64,000 bases of DNA from Camelus dromedarius (GCF_036321535.1 NC_087437.1:86244001-86308000); one strand, 5' to 3'. Shown: positions 26,080 through 39,142, numbered from the stretch's first letter. The notes: generated by a model not told the origin, from the sequence alone. Translations and numbers: made by a program.

Positions 26080-26257
26080 CAAACAAAAGTATGAAGAACA
26101 TGGAAAAGTAATTATCAGATCAGTCAGGTCTTTGGCTCACTGAAACTGCTAAGGGTGTCCTGCCCCAGTCATCAATGTTCAGGGTTTTTCTCCTTGGAGA
26201 AAGAAGGTCCTCCAGTTCAGGCGGCCAACATTAAGAGAGTGCGACCGTATGACCTGG
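24190..26257 (-). other. ARL13B: Probable ARL13B 3'UTR (~2 kb); candidate distal poly(A) signal AATAAA at 24207-24212
   Basis: AT-rich, transposon-poor stretch after the stop codon. Plus-strand TTTATT at 24207-24212. Several other minus-strand AATAAA hexamers exist, so the true end is uncertain. Confidence 0.5.
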
Positions 26258-26334
26258 TTACGAGATGATGTCGTGAGCATCACTGTTAGGTCTCTGTCGC
26301 ACAACCAGGGGAGGCAGTGGCTTCCCATAGAAAT
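26258..26334 (-). CDS. ARL13B: ARL13B terminal coding exon 10 (coding part, ends TAA)
   Basis: acatag|ATTTCT...TCG TAA; encodes (D)[24 protein letters not shown]. Confidence 0.95.
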
Positions 26335-27034
26335 CTATGTAAAGAAGGGAGACCAAAAATGCAAAACTGTTACATTAAATCAAGATTTTTGACACAATTC
26401 ATTAATTTCCAGCCAACACATTTAATGAGTAAAACACTTCGATTTTACAGGTGAAGCAATGAGCGGAGAGAATAAGGGGGAAAAAGTTAGAATCAAAGAA
26501 AACTTGAATAAATTCAAAACACAATCAGTAGGGCAAATTCCTAACTCTAGGTTATAAATTAATCTCCACTAGATTTAATAAAAGCTGTATCTAATGTATA
26601 TATTATTGTTACTGTTTCCAATTACATGTTCATATTAGAATAAAACAAACACTCAAAATTTATGGAACCTGTTGCCAAAGCCCTGATAAAAATCAGTATT
26701 TGTACAACCTGCATTCTTATCCAAAGGCTATTACTTCTAGGAATGTGGGGAGAAAAATTAATTATGTTAGTATTCTGGTAAGTAGGAATCTTTTACAATG
26801 ATGCTTCAATATAGCTCAGTGATTTAGGACATATTTGATACCAAAAAAGTCTTAATTTGTACTTCATAATAAGTTCGTATCCCTTAATTATCAAATTTAA
26901 TAGCATATGGAAACTTTCAATAAGTAATTATTTTCTGACCTACTACCTTAAAATTATTCTAGAAGCACAGGTACAGGATCACTGAAATAAATATATTAAA
27001 AATGTATTTAGGGGCCTATTTCCAGTTCTGCATG

Positions 27035-27577
27035 TGCCAGAGTTCAGCTAAACTACTGCATGGTGTAGTTGCCTCAGCATCTATTTCATCTGGCCACCAG
27101 GCCAGTGGAGGCTTTAAATAGATACCAGCACCTCATGCAAAAACATGCCCTAGAAAACAGCCTGCAGAATCACAAGTAAATGTTTAGTCCCTGATATAAC
27201 TTCCTGGTGGCCCTCCAGATCAACTGTCTCCCTCGCCTTCCCTTAGAAAAGACCCCAGAAGAGCTTACCAAAACTCTGCTGTTTGGGGTTTGAACTGACC
27301 AATCTGGCCCTAGCCTGGGAATCCCAAAGCACTCCACCCACAGACCCTAATAAAGGCATGTGGCCCAGGTCCTGCAGCTCTCTCTCTCCCTGCACCTTGC
27401 CTTGATCTCCCAGCTCCCACTCTGGAACCCTTGAAGCATGCCATGTACTTCCTCCACGAACTGTGAGTAATTTCACTATTTTGATCTCTCTTGTAGTCTT
27501 TTTAAACCAAGGCTTACCATCCAGCATGTAGCTGGATGCTGGATGGTAATAAACGTTAATTTAGCAAAGTCATAACA
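27035..27577 (+). mobile_element. ERVL-type solo LTR (MER74/MER54/LTR53-like) inserted in an L1 5' end
   Basis: TG...CA ends, internal CCCTAATAAAGGC followed by a CT-rich tract, and an imperfect 5-bp TSD GCATG/GCATT. Confidence 0.65.
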
Positions 27578-27582
27578 GCATT

Positions 27583-29650
27583 TAAGGAGCTTGTAAGTCA
27601 CTCCATACTAACAAGAAGTAAACAGCTGAATATACTGAAAAATCACCAATTTTTCTGAAATCTGTAAGAGAGGGGAGGTCACAAAACAAACCATTGACCT
27701 GGATATTGGAGAGACAGACAGGCAAATATAGGAAGTCAGTTTAGCAGAGCAGACATTCATGAATGGAAATTGCTGAAGGAACAGGTGGCCAGGTAAGAAA
27801 ACCAGAACGGTGAGTGATGAACTGCTGGACACTTAGTGTGGATAAACCCAAGAGTTAACGACTCCAGGAACTTCAGTCTTATGACCCCCCCACCATAATA
27901 TTGTGAGTCACCTCCAGAAGCCTGAACAAATTCCCACAGTAAATACTGGAGAAAAACTCCCTCCTGCTTCTGGCAGAGCAGGGGAAAAGCTCCCGTTATG
28001 AATACTGCAAAGTACTTTGCTCATCTTTTTATTTTTATATATATATAAAATAAAATATTATAAGATATTAATATAATCATGTTTATTGCAGTTTCCAGGC
28101 TCCCATATGACACATACCTAAAGCAGAACATTGCAAACTGACGCTACCAGCAGCTACTTTGTTCTTCTCAACAAGGCCTGCACTCAAAGAAAACTAGTTA
28201 ATCAGAACCTAACCTGCTGGGGTGTTATCAGAACCTAACTGACCCAAGAAGGGAAATGACCAATTCCACTTGGCTCGAGGGATTCTGTCCTACCTAACGA
28301 GGGGGAAAAAAACCTGAGAAACTCTCATGAAGTTAAATTCCAGAAGCACAGGCTCACTGAAAGACTTGAGACCTAATCACAGGAATATAGAACACTTCCC
28401 CGCCACCCCACATCACCACGGTATTATTACTAAAGGCCTATTTACAGCAGTTCCTTTTACCTAGTACATCATGCTGGACTATCAAGAAAAAATTCCAAAA
28501 GACAAAAACCACAGTTTGAAGAGACAGAGCAAGCATCAGAACAAGACTTGGCAGGGATATTGGAATCATCAGGCCAGGAATTTTAAACAACTATGAGTAA
28601 TAAGCTAAGGGCTTTAATGGTTAAAGTAGACTGCATGCAATGTATGCAGAGATACGGAAATCCTAAGAAAGAACAAAAAAGAAATGCTAGAGAAACAAAC
28701 AAACAAACACTGTAACAGAAATAAAGAATGCATTTGATGGGTTTATTAGTAGACTGCACATGGCTGAGAAAAGAACCTCTAAGATAAGAGGATATATCAA
28801 TAGAATCCTTGAAAACTAAAAACATAAAACTGAAAAAAAAAAAAGAGAGAGAACATCTAAAAACTGTGCAACCACAAAAGGTGTAATTCACGTGTAATGG
28901 GAGTAACAGAAGGAGAAGAGAGAAAGGAACAGAAGCAATATCTGAAGTAATAATCACTCAAAATTTCCCCAAATTAATGTCAAACATCAAACCACAGGTC
29001 CATGAAACTCTGAGAACACTGTGCAGGATTAATGACCCCAAAACTACATCTAGGTATAATATATCATTTTCAAATTACAGGAAAAAGAAAAAAATCCTGA
29101 AAGAAGCCAGAGGGAAAAAACACTTTTCCAGTAAAAGGACAAGAGTAAGAATTGCATCCAACTTCTCCCCAGAAACCATGCAAGCAAGAAGAAACTAGAG
29201 TGGAAATATTTAAAGTGTTTAGGGAAAAAAACCCCACCAACCTAGAATTCTATACCCTCAAAATTGAAATCGCCTGTCGAAAGTAAAGGAAAAATAAAAA
29301 ATTTCTCAGACAAGCAAAAATTGAAGGAATTTGTTGCTAGTAGATTTGCCTGGCAAGAAATGTTAGTTTTTCAGAGAGAAGGAAAATAACATACATCAGA
29401 AACTCAGATCTACATAAAGAAGGAAAAAGGATCAAAGAAACACGTAAAGATAAAATGAAAACTTATTTTTCTTATTCTTAATTGATCTAACAGATAACAA
29501 TCTGTTCAAAATACTAATAGCAACAATGTATTTGATTATGTATGCCTACATATAAATAAAATGGATGATAGCAATAAAACAAGGGATAGGAGGAATGAAT
29601 TAGGATTATTTGGCTATTACAGGCACTCACACTACCTGTCGAGTTGGTTA
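27583..29650 (+). mobile_element. Old L1 (L1MC/L1MD-like) 5'UTR and decayed ORF1
   Basis: ORF1-like peptide KKKILKEARGKKH...RVRIASNFSPETMQARR (ORF 28977-29198), then CAACCTAGAATTCTATACCC. Multiple stops. Confidence 0.85.
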
Positions 29651-31375
29651 TATGAAAGTATTTCTTGTATACATTTTTATTTTTGATTCCAATTCCTATT
29701 TCTCACTTCTCACCCTGACTACTCCAACAGCTTCCAAATGGGATGCTTACTTCAGGGTGTGGCCACAATCTAGTCTGTACTTTACATTGTGACAAAAATT
29801 ATTTTCCTAAACAATAAATCTAGTAATACTATTTCCCTGCTAAAAACGTGTAGTGTCTCACGTAAAATTATAGCAAGTCCAGACATCTCAACATATATGT
29901 GAGGCCCTAAACAATCTGGCTATAAGTCATAATTTCAGTTTCAACACTTCCAGTAACTTTAAATTTCCTCTTTTTTACCCACTCTACCCACATGAACCTA
30001 AGCTCTAGTCACAAGTGACTTCTGTTTTTCAAATAAGCAATATTCTTTCCCAACTCTCTACCTTTGAACAGTCTGTTTCTTCTGCTTCCTGACTTTCTGT
30101 ATTCTTCAAAGATATAGGTCTAATACCACTTCCACTGCCTAGGCAGTCTATGCACAGTACTCCAATTTTACACCATAGAACCTATTCCTCCATAGTGTAA
30201 ATTGTCATATATACTACAGAAAGCTGAAGTATTATCTTTTCTATCAGACTAAGATCCCTGGAAATGCAGAATTTACGTTTCATTCATCTTGGCATCACAA
30301 ATGTTTTGGGTGGTTATCAAATACAAAATAATTGTTTGTTGGATGCCTAATTCAGTAAGAGAAAAAATAATATCTGTTATATATGAAATTAATATCTTTA
30401 TATACATGTATGCTTACATATACACATATATAATGTAATTGTTTCTAAAACAGTAAATATTTAAACTGATAATGTAATAAAAAACGATTTTCAGTAATGA
30501 TTAAGAAGAAATATTTCATTATTAACATAGTATTCAGAAAACAGAAAGCAAACAGCACATTTATATTTATATACTTTTTGAATAAAAATATTTTATACAG
30601 TTTAATATAATTTCAGATTGTTTGGTAATGCTTTTCTAAAGATTAAACTTCTGAATTTTTTTTCCTAGTAAATGAGTCTTCTTAGAAAACTAAGGTCTAG
30701 ATTAGGTAAACAGAGCTATCAAAAAGGAAACTGGATATTCTTGATGAAAAAGTTTATTAAGTTATTATATATTTTATTTATTTATTTATCCTTTTGCATT
30801 CTAAAAATATTTTATTGAAAGAATCTGGGCTGATTGTCTGAAATCAGAACTTGTACCTGTTGTATTAGGCAGTTCTCTACTCCCAACTGTCTTTTCTCTA
30901 GTTTTCCAGTTGGAGTTCTTATGCCCTATACTGGCTGTACTAAATCTTATGTTAATTTCATCCAAAAAGACTGTTTCCTTGAGTCAATGAACCCTTTCAT
31001 AACTTCCTTTCCAGTTAGCTGAACTTTATTTGGTTTACTGATTTGGTCTCTGATTTTACAAACTGTGATACTCTTTGCTTCATTTTAATATTCAGCAGCT
31101 GTGTCATTAGAAGCAGAGAAAAAACAATTACGTGAGATTATCATTGAGGATATTAGACACATACAGGACAATGAAGTTTCTTTTTAAAACTATTACGTAT
31201 AATTGTAATGCCTCATATCTAATTTAAGTTGCTTTAAAATCTTTCCCTTTTCATAACTATTTACATTAACATCTAATGGATAAACACAAGCTACGATTAT
31301 CTACTTCTGTATTCTAAGGTAAACATCAAATCAAATTATATCGAGGCAAAGGGCACTTAAAAATAAAAAAAATTA

Positions 31376-31657
<282 letters not shown>

Positions 31658-32008
31658 TCACAGGAATGTATATAACTTCTATGTCAGTTCACATATTACT
31701 GAATAATATGGTACTGAGTAACCATACACCTGTCTGAAATGGCTTCTGTTTGAAAATGTAATTGTAGGTTGGTAATATCTGTTTTAAGTTTTTATTTACC
31801 TTTAGTTAAAAATATAAGCATCTGCATCACCACCATAAATAAGCTTAGGCTCCTATTCTAACCCCTAGCAGAGGTTAAAATAAATGTATGCTTATTAAAT
31901 GTAATACAAGCAATGAGTCTTAAAATAATTCTCAGAGGATAATGTTACCATCTAAAGCCTTCTGGCAGGGCTAAAAAGACACTATAAACATATACGTTTA
32001 GATATTTG

Positions 32009-32122
32009 AGTATGTGAGCTACTATGCCTAATGCTAAAAAATTACTCAAAATTATTGTGCAGTTAGTATGTGAGTTACTATGCCTAGTGCTAAAAATTAC
32101 AATTATTGTACAGTTAGTATGT
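32009..32122. repeat. Imperfect tandem duplication (56 bp and 51 bp units)
   Basis: AGTATGTGAG(C/T)TACTATGCCTA(A/G)TGCTAAAAA...ATTATTGT(G/A)CAGTT occurs twice. Confidence 0.9.
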
Positions 32123-32622
32123 CTTTATATGCAATATCCCATTTAATCCTCATGAATAGCTAAGAAGGTCAGTATGTACAATGGAAATATACTGGAAATA
32201 TCACACATCTTGGTTTCAAATGTCAACTTTCAGGATGAAAGATTCATTTTTTTTAAAACTCTTATTAGCCATCCATTCATTAAACAAATTCCTTTTAGCA
32301 AGCTGGGTACTGATATTTCAAATAGGACTTGAATCCATTACAGGAATTCCTCAGGTAAAGGTTTATTATTAATTTTTACTAATTTTTAAAATTTTTACTT
32401 GTTTTTATACCTTCATAAAACATTATTTTCTTACTAAAAAAAGCAGTCAATAATTAAGTTGATAAATTCTGAACAAAGTAGATGGAGCAAAGAATTCTAC
32501 CCTTTTCACAAATTTGTAAGATAATGCATATACTGAATAAAAGCTACAAAATTTCTTTCTTTTTCTTCTAATATTGTTTAAAGCACTATTTCTAAATTTA
32601 GTATCAATATCAATTTACTCAC

Positions 32623-32739
32623 CAGGAGGAGGAGGTGGGGGTGGTGTTGGGCTCTTAGGAGCAGAGTCATCTGTTTTAACAGGTTCTACACGGTGGCTCC
32701 TCTTCATTCTTAGTTTCTTAGTTTTCTTTCTACTGTTAT
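32623..32739 (-). CDS. ARL13B: ARL13B coding exon 8 (117 bp), with RVEP ciliary-targeting motif (32681-32692) and polyproline tract
   Basis: ttacag|ATAACA...CTCCTG|gtgagt; encodes (D)[38 protein letters not shown]. Confidence 0.95.
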
Positions 32740-35183
32740 CTGTAAGAATATGAACAAGGAACTTTATGCCTTTGGGAAAAAGTAAGCTTCTATAACAAAA
32801 AATAAAGAATAGAATTATTAGGCTATTGCTATTATTATTACCATAGGACTATATCTTCAAGTTAAAAATTGTTACCAATAATGAAACGTGAACTTGCTTT
32901 TACTTAGAATGATTTTTAAGTGATTGCTTATTGAATGAATGATTAATAAATATGATACAAATGGCAGATTCTATGAGAGATGATTCAGAATAAAAAAAGG
33001 TTCATATTTCCAAAAGTAACATTTTCCCCCAAATGTCATATTAAGTAAATGGAACTATCTAATTGCAGGGATTTCCATGAAACTAAGAATGGCCTGGGGA
33101 TAAAGAAGTGTTGATTTGTCTCAGTAGGATATATAGAATGATTCTAGGTATTAAGTCCAAAAATAATCCTTTGAAATGTGAAAAAAGACCACAATCAAAT
33201 CTAAATACATTATTCATTAAAATAACCGCCAAACAAGATATGCTCAATATAAATATTTTAACCAAACTCACATTATTAGACCTTAAGAACTGAATTTGTA
33301 TTTTTTTCTAAAAATAACTATCTACAGATTCTCATTTAAGCACATAAGAACATTTTAAGTGCATCTATATCGTTAACGTATGAACATTAACAGTGTAAAC
33401 CAGGATGGCATAGTAGTTAAATAACCAAACATCAAAGTCACTGAAATATTTTAGTTGAAAATCCCAAACTGCTAAATTTGTATACATATGTAATACATTT
33501 TCTAAAATGGGAATTATCTGGGAAACGTAAGGAACAGTCAAATCTATGAAGCCTACAAAGCAATGAGAAATACAAACATATTTAGAAACACACTATTTTT
33601 CTAAATACATTAGTGTCATTTGAGACATTTCACTCCAGATAGAAACAGAGACATGTTTTTACAATTAAAGCTGTAGGCTTTACAGCTGGGAGAAAGGAAA
33701 GAGAGATTCCAGAACCACATGGACTTGAGGATGGGCAGTAGCACAGGGTCATGGGAGAGCACAGGATATGGAGAAGCTGATCTAAAGTTGAAGGGAGCGT
33801 GTCTCAGCACAGCCACAGATGAGACATATGATCTTAAATTACTCAACCTCTCCAATTCCCTGGTTTCCTATTCTATATAATGAGAATAATATATCCTAGG
33901 ATTGCTATGCTGAATAACATAATGCTGTGTTAAATAATACAAAGCTTTTGAAACTATGCTTCAAAGTATAAAATACATTATAATTATTACTATTACAGTT
34001 ATACAACTGACTTAGATCTTCCTATGCTATATGTTCACATCATCTATCAAGTCATTTTGCTCTTTACCAACACATTAGCGTTAGAAAGAATTCTTCCAAT
34101 ATATTGCAAGGCCACTTTAAGTCTACTTTTTGTTTTACTCTGTTAGAGCTATATGGGTACAAATGTGGCTACCCTAACTCCCCAAATTATAAAACACATA
34201 ACTTTCAAATCTGATTATTTTTATACTGCAAAATATCCACGTTAGCTAATCTGCACCTCAGGGACTGAGATCTTATTTTCAATAACTCTTTGATACTGTA
34301 CAAAAACTCTTATATAGCATGGAATCATACTGCTAATGTAGGAATGATTACTGAGTATCTCCCACGTGTTAGGCCCTGTGCTAGGAACACTGTAGGGTTA
34401 TTTTTATTATAAGTAAACCTACAAGCCGGCTAAAAAAAGATGGCACAATGCCATTTTAGAGATGAGGACACTAGAACTGAAGAATGCTATATAAAAACAT
34501 TTATCCAGTAGATGAGAAAGTCAGGTTGCTATCCCAGATTGTCTGAGTCCAAACGAAGGTTATCTCTTTATGACACCAAAAGACCTGAACTTCCTGCTAA
34601 ATCACATAACCACTTAGAAAAAGAAAAGCAATTATGAATTGAAGATTCTATGTAATATTAAGAGGAAAATGACTATTTGATAAAGCTTTTAAAATATTCA
34701 GCTAATTATGTCTGCATCCAACAGAAATAACAAGTAAATAAAGGAAATGATGATTGTTACATTATGAGAATTAAGAAAAACAAAACAAAACAAAACAAAC
34801 CCTCCAAAAGCCTTAAAGGTTTTAAATACATTCCAAGGATTCCTGGGGCTATGCAATATTCCAAATTTTAAAAAGTACAATTAAAAACGGAATTTTCTGT
34901 TGAAATTTGAAATTCTTTTCTTACAAATGACTATGAATAAAAATGTAAGTTAGCAAATTGACTAATAATTAATTAAAATTCATAAGAAAACTATGATACA
35001 TATCACATTTGGAGATAAAATGCATTTTTTATGAAAATAATCATGACAAATGAAAGAAGTATTTTTTAAGTTTTATATATATAGTTCATTTGTTATTTAC
35101 ATGTTATATATTAACATATAAAACTTTAAAATAAATAAACAAATGATTACATATACATATTTTTTAACAACTAGATTTATCAC

Positions 35184-35409
35184 CTGATTCTGATGATCGC
35201 TGATCTGTCTCATCTTCATTCTCCAACTGCTGTGTTAATGTCTCCTTATAATTTTCTACTATTCCAAACTCATTGTTTTTTTGGCTACTGTCACTGATCT
35301 GGCTCTGTGTCTCTTCTTGCTCATGCTCCATTTTGTGTTTCAGAGCACAGCCATCACTGTCTTTCTCCATATTTTGCCTCTTTTTCTCTCTTTCAAGTTT
35401 TTTTTCATT
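35184..35409 (-). CDS. ARL13B: ARL13B coding exon 7 (226 bp)
   Basis: tgttag|AATGAA...AATCAG|gtgata; encodes [31 protein letters not shown]...[13 protein letters not shown]. Confidence 0.93.
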
Positions 35410-35542
35410 CTAACAAAAATGAAATAAATCATTTTTAATATAACAGTTGTATGTAAGACAGTTTTAAGGGATAAATCAAATAATCCAAGAGCACTCTGTA
35501 ACTTCAGGGCATTGTAATATTTCTATGAAAAAATTATTTGTT

Positions 35543-35985
35543 ATTTGCAGCAACACAGATGGACCTAAAGATTGTCATTCTAAGTGAAGTGGGCTGGAAA
35601 GAGAAAGAAAAATACCATATGAAAACACTTATGTGTGGAATCTAAAAATAATAATAATGATGATGATGATGATGATGACATGAACTATTTATTGTTTATA
35701 ACTAAGATGATTGATTTCTTGAATATGTATAAGCATATTTGACTGTCCTTTATGATTGGATTACCACATTCTGTTGATTCTTATTTTGTGGTTGGCTTTA
35801 TTACTTTGATAAGCATGTAAGTTTAAAAAGCTTAAGCTCTAATCTGTTCTTAGAAACAATGATCAGCACATATATGTAAAGAAAAAAATGCAGTATATTG
35901 TATATATGTATTTACATGCAATATAATGTATATGTGCAAAGTGTAATAATTCTACCTAATAAAACTGAAAAAGGAAAACAAAAAC
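35543..35985 (+). mobile_element. Retroposed insert: L1 ORF2-end/3'UTR fragment joined to unrecognised sequence, then AATAAA and an A-rich tail
   Basis: Perfect 15-bp TSD AAAAAATTATTTGTT (35528-35542 and 35986-36000). The 5' part GCAGCAAC..AGATGGACCTA...CTAAGTGAAGT is L1-like. Confidence 0.8.
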
Positions 35986-36663
35986 AAAAAATTATTTGTT
36001 GAATGTATCATTAAAACACTCTATTTACCAAACATTCAGTAAACAAAGATAGTACAGAGGAAGAAAATAAGTATTACCAGTAATTCCCCAATCCAGAGAT
36101 AACCGCTATCTGGTGTGTGTAGTTACTAAGAGGTGCTCTTCTTTGCCTACCCAGCACACATACAGACACCCCCACAGACACACATAAATGTGATCGATTG
36201 TCTCTCTCTATATATTCATGTATTTTTTAAACAAAAAAGAACTAAGAATATACATTTCTTTCTTTGTCAATGAATATATGAAGTACTTAGAATAGTGCTG
36301 ACACACACATAGCAAACCGTTAGGTAGGAAAGTATTATATAATGCTATATGTGTTAGCTATTATTACTTTCATCAATTACATTATCATTTTGAATAGCTC
36401 TATCATAACTTATTTTACAAATCCCCAATCAATGAACAAAAACATGATTGTCAGTTTTTCACTACTGTAAGAATTATAATTATTGAATTAGATCTTTAGA
36501 AATAAATTCCTAACAGTTGAGCTTTTGGATCAATGGGTAAGCACATTTTAAAATATGACATACCACAAACTTTTCTTCAGAAAAACTAAGGTCAAATTAC
36601 ACCACAGGCAAAGGATTAAGAGAGTGACATTTCTCCACAACTTTTTTTTAAAGAATTTATTCA

Positions 36664-36805
36664 GGGTTTTTTTTTTTCACTTTTGTTGCATGGGGGAGGG
36701 GGTAATTAGGTTTTTTTTTTTCTTTAATGGAGGTACTAGGGATTGGACCCAGAATCTCATGCATGCAAGGTAGACACTGTAGCACTAAGCTATACCTTCC
36801 TCCCT
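36664..36805 (-). mobile_element. tRNA-derived SINE (Vic-1-like)
   Basis: GGTAATTAGG...TGGAGGTACTAGGGATTGGACCCAG...AGCTATACCTTCC. Confidence 0.8.
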
Positions 36806-38431
36806 CCCTATAACTTTTAAAATGTTATATATCACTACCAGTCTTTCATATCACCACCAAACTAATAAATATTTATTACCTAATGCTGATTGAATTTGAT
36901 TTATTCTTGATATCACTACTGAAGATAAGCTATTAAATACCCTTATTGCCATTCTTATTTTTTCTTTAAGGAACTATCCATGATAACCCAATACTCATTT
37001 TTCTATTAGATTCTCATTATTTACACAGTAATATTTTTACAGGTTCTTTTTTGTTGTTGTTGTTGCATGCGTCTCAAATATTTTTCATTAGGATTTGTTT
37101 GGATTTTCTTGTCTTTAACTCTGTAGAACAGCTCTTTAAAAACTAAATGTAAGATCTCCCTGTTTTTTACTTTATGACTTGTGGCTTGATTGTCCAATTT
37201 TGAAAGTTTCTCCTCCTCCAAGGATGTACAAATGTTTAACTATACTATGTGCTAGTATTTTTAAGGCTTCTTTTTTTTAATACATTTAAGTATTCTGAAA
37301 TTTAATTTGGTAAACAGTGTTCAATAATTTTACTTTTTGATTGTTCAGCTGTTCCAAGATTCTTTTCTCTCAGATTTAAAATGCCACCTGTATCTTACAC
37401 TAAGTGTTTGTATTAATTTAGTTACTATTTGTTTCATTGATCTGTCTATTCTGGAACCAATACTTCATCATTTTTATTATCTGTGGTAAAATCAAAGGAA
37501 TGAGGTGCTTCTCTAAAATGCAAACATTTCAAAGGAGAAGTTTTATGGAAAAAAAGAAAACTTGCCTGGTAAAATGGAGACTACAGATAATTTATTTTCA
37601 TTTGTTTCATTTCTTTACTGATGGCCTTAAAATTACTATAGTTTAAAAGTATAATAATTGCCCTTTCCCTATGCCACCAATTAACTCAGGGACTTCAATA
37701 TGAGATATTCTATGTTGTATGTCAGTATTGTTCTTATCTTTATAATGTGAAAAATAACAATGTTGGTAGAAGTGCTAAGGCCTTCTATGAAATTATAGCT
37801 AAGGTACTATAAAATAATTGGTCATTATTTACAAGGAAAGCTTTATCACACACATAGAGTAAATTAATGTCGCAAAGTAAAAAATCAAACCTGATTTCTC
37901 TTTTCTCTACCAGTATTTTTCAAAGAACATAAGACAAACTTGACAAACATAATATTTAATAGGATGAAGACAAAACAATAGCTCAAGCTATTAAGACTAC
38001 TTTACTTAGAAAAGTACATACTTAAGGAAAATGCAATGGAGTTAATAAAAAGATTAAATACAATTAGCCTTCTGCTATCTAAGCAACTTAACACCAAATA
38101 TCTCATATTTCCAAGTATTCTGCAAAATAAAGCAGTATCAAAAACTATCCAATCATCTTCTTACCTTTGGAGCTGCCTCCCTCCTCAGCAGCAGCCCCAA
38201 GGAAGAAATAATCATCCATCTTTCCAGATGAATACCTGTGTGGAAGGAGGCAGTGACAGGGGAAGAGGAATAGAAAACACAGAGGTGGGTCCAGCAAGCC
38301 AGCTGCCACATTAAGCTCTGAGAGAATGGAGAGGAGGTTTACGAAGCTCTGCTGCTGAGGAGGCATGGCTGCTGAGGGCGAGGAAGGCAGGACCAATGCA
38401 AACTCCGGACACCAGGAGAAAATGAAAACAA

Positions 38432-38491
38432 AGACACAGATACACAGACAGACAGACAAACAGACACACACACACACACACATGCACACAC
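38432..38491. repeat. Compound (ACAG)n/(AC)n microsatellite
   Basis: Read directly. It is UG-rich on the ARL13B pre-mRNA strand. Confidence 0.9.
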
Positions 38492-39027
38492 AACCCCTTA
38501 ACTTCTTCATGATTAAAATCTACAAATTAATTTTGGTAAACTATTTATTCTGATATTTAAAATGAAAATAAATGATATTCAGATATAAAAGAATTTATTA
38601 TAGTTTCAAACATTAAGTATCCTGGAAAAATAATTATAAAATCATTTATGTACTCTAATTCATCATAATCATCTAAATATTACTGTAAAGGGGTAATAAC
38701 AGCAATAAAGGGAAAAGACAAAGTAAGTAAGAGTAAACATATTACTATCATATGAAATAAATGACAAGAAAAGATTTATAGAACAGTAACTATGACAGTT
38801 GCTACATTCAATCCTCATTTTCATTCTCAGTTAATTCTGAAATCATCTTCCCTTTTTATACTAGATCAGAAGGTAAATATGAAGAGGAAGAAAAAGCAGC
38901 AAACCTTCAGCCCATCTCTCCCATTTAATTTCTTTTAGAAAATATTTCTATTTCCCTGCCTCCTTTCTCAAATTCCAACTTGATATAAGATTTAAGATAT
39001 AAACATCACATCTGCCACCATCCGTAC

Positions 39028-39142
39028 CTCAATGATTACAGATGCTATTGGCTGGAAAGGATTAACAGTAACCGGTTCTGGGTCCAACTCAGCCAGACCA
39101 CTGGTGCCATCGAGTTCGGCCTGCTCTCGCTCTCTTTGCTCT
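39028..39142 (-). CDS. ARL13B: ARL13B coding exon 6 (115 bp)
   Basis: aaatag|AGAGCA...ATTGAG|gtacgg; encodes [38 protein letters not shown]. Phase 2 to phase 0 fits both neighbours. Confidence 0.92.

Noticed and set aside
28977..29198. 73-aa ORF with basic residues
   Set aside because: Fragment of decayed L1 ORF1, not a host gene.
35164..35183. Read-through of the weak exon 7 donor (GDKSSC*) as a truncated ARL13B isoform
   Set aside because: No nearby minus-strand poly(A) signal seen, and no other support.
39070..39077. Perfect GRHL palindrome AACCGGTT
   Set aside because: Lies within ARL13B coding exon 6, and a single 8-mer is expected by chance in 64 kb.
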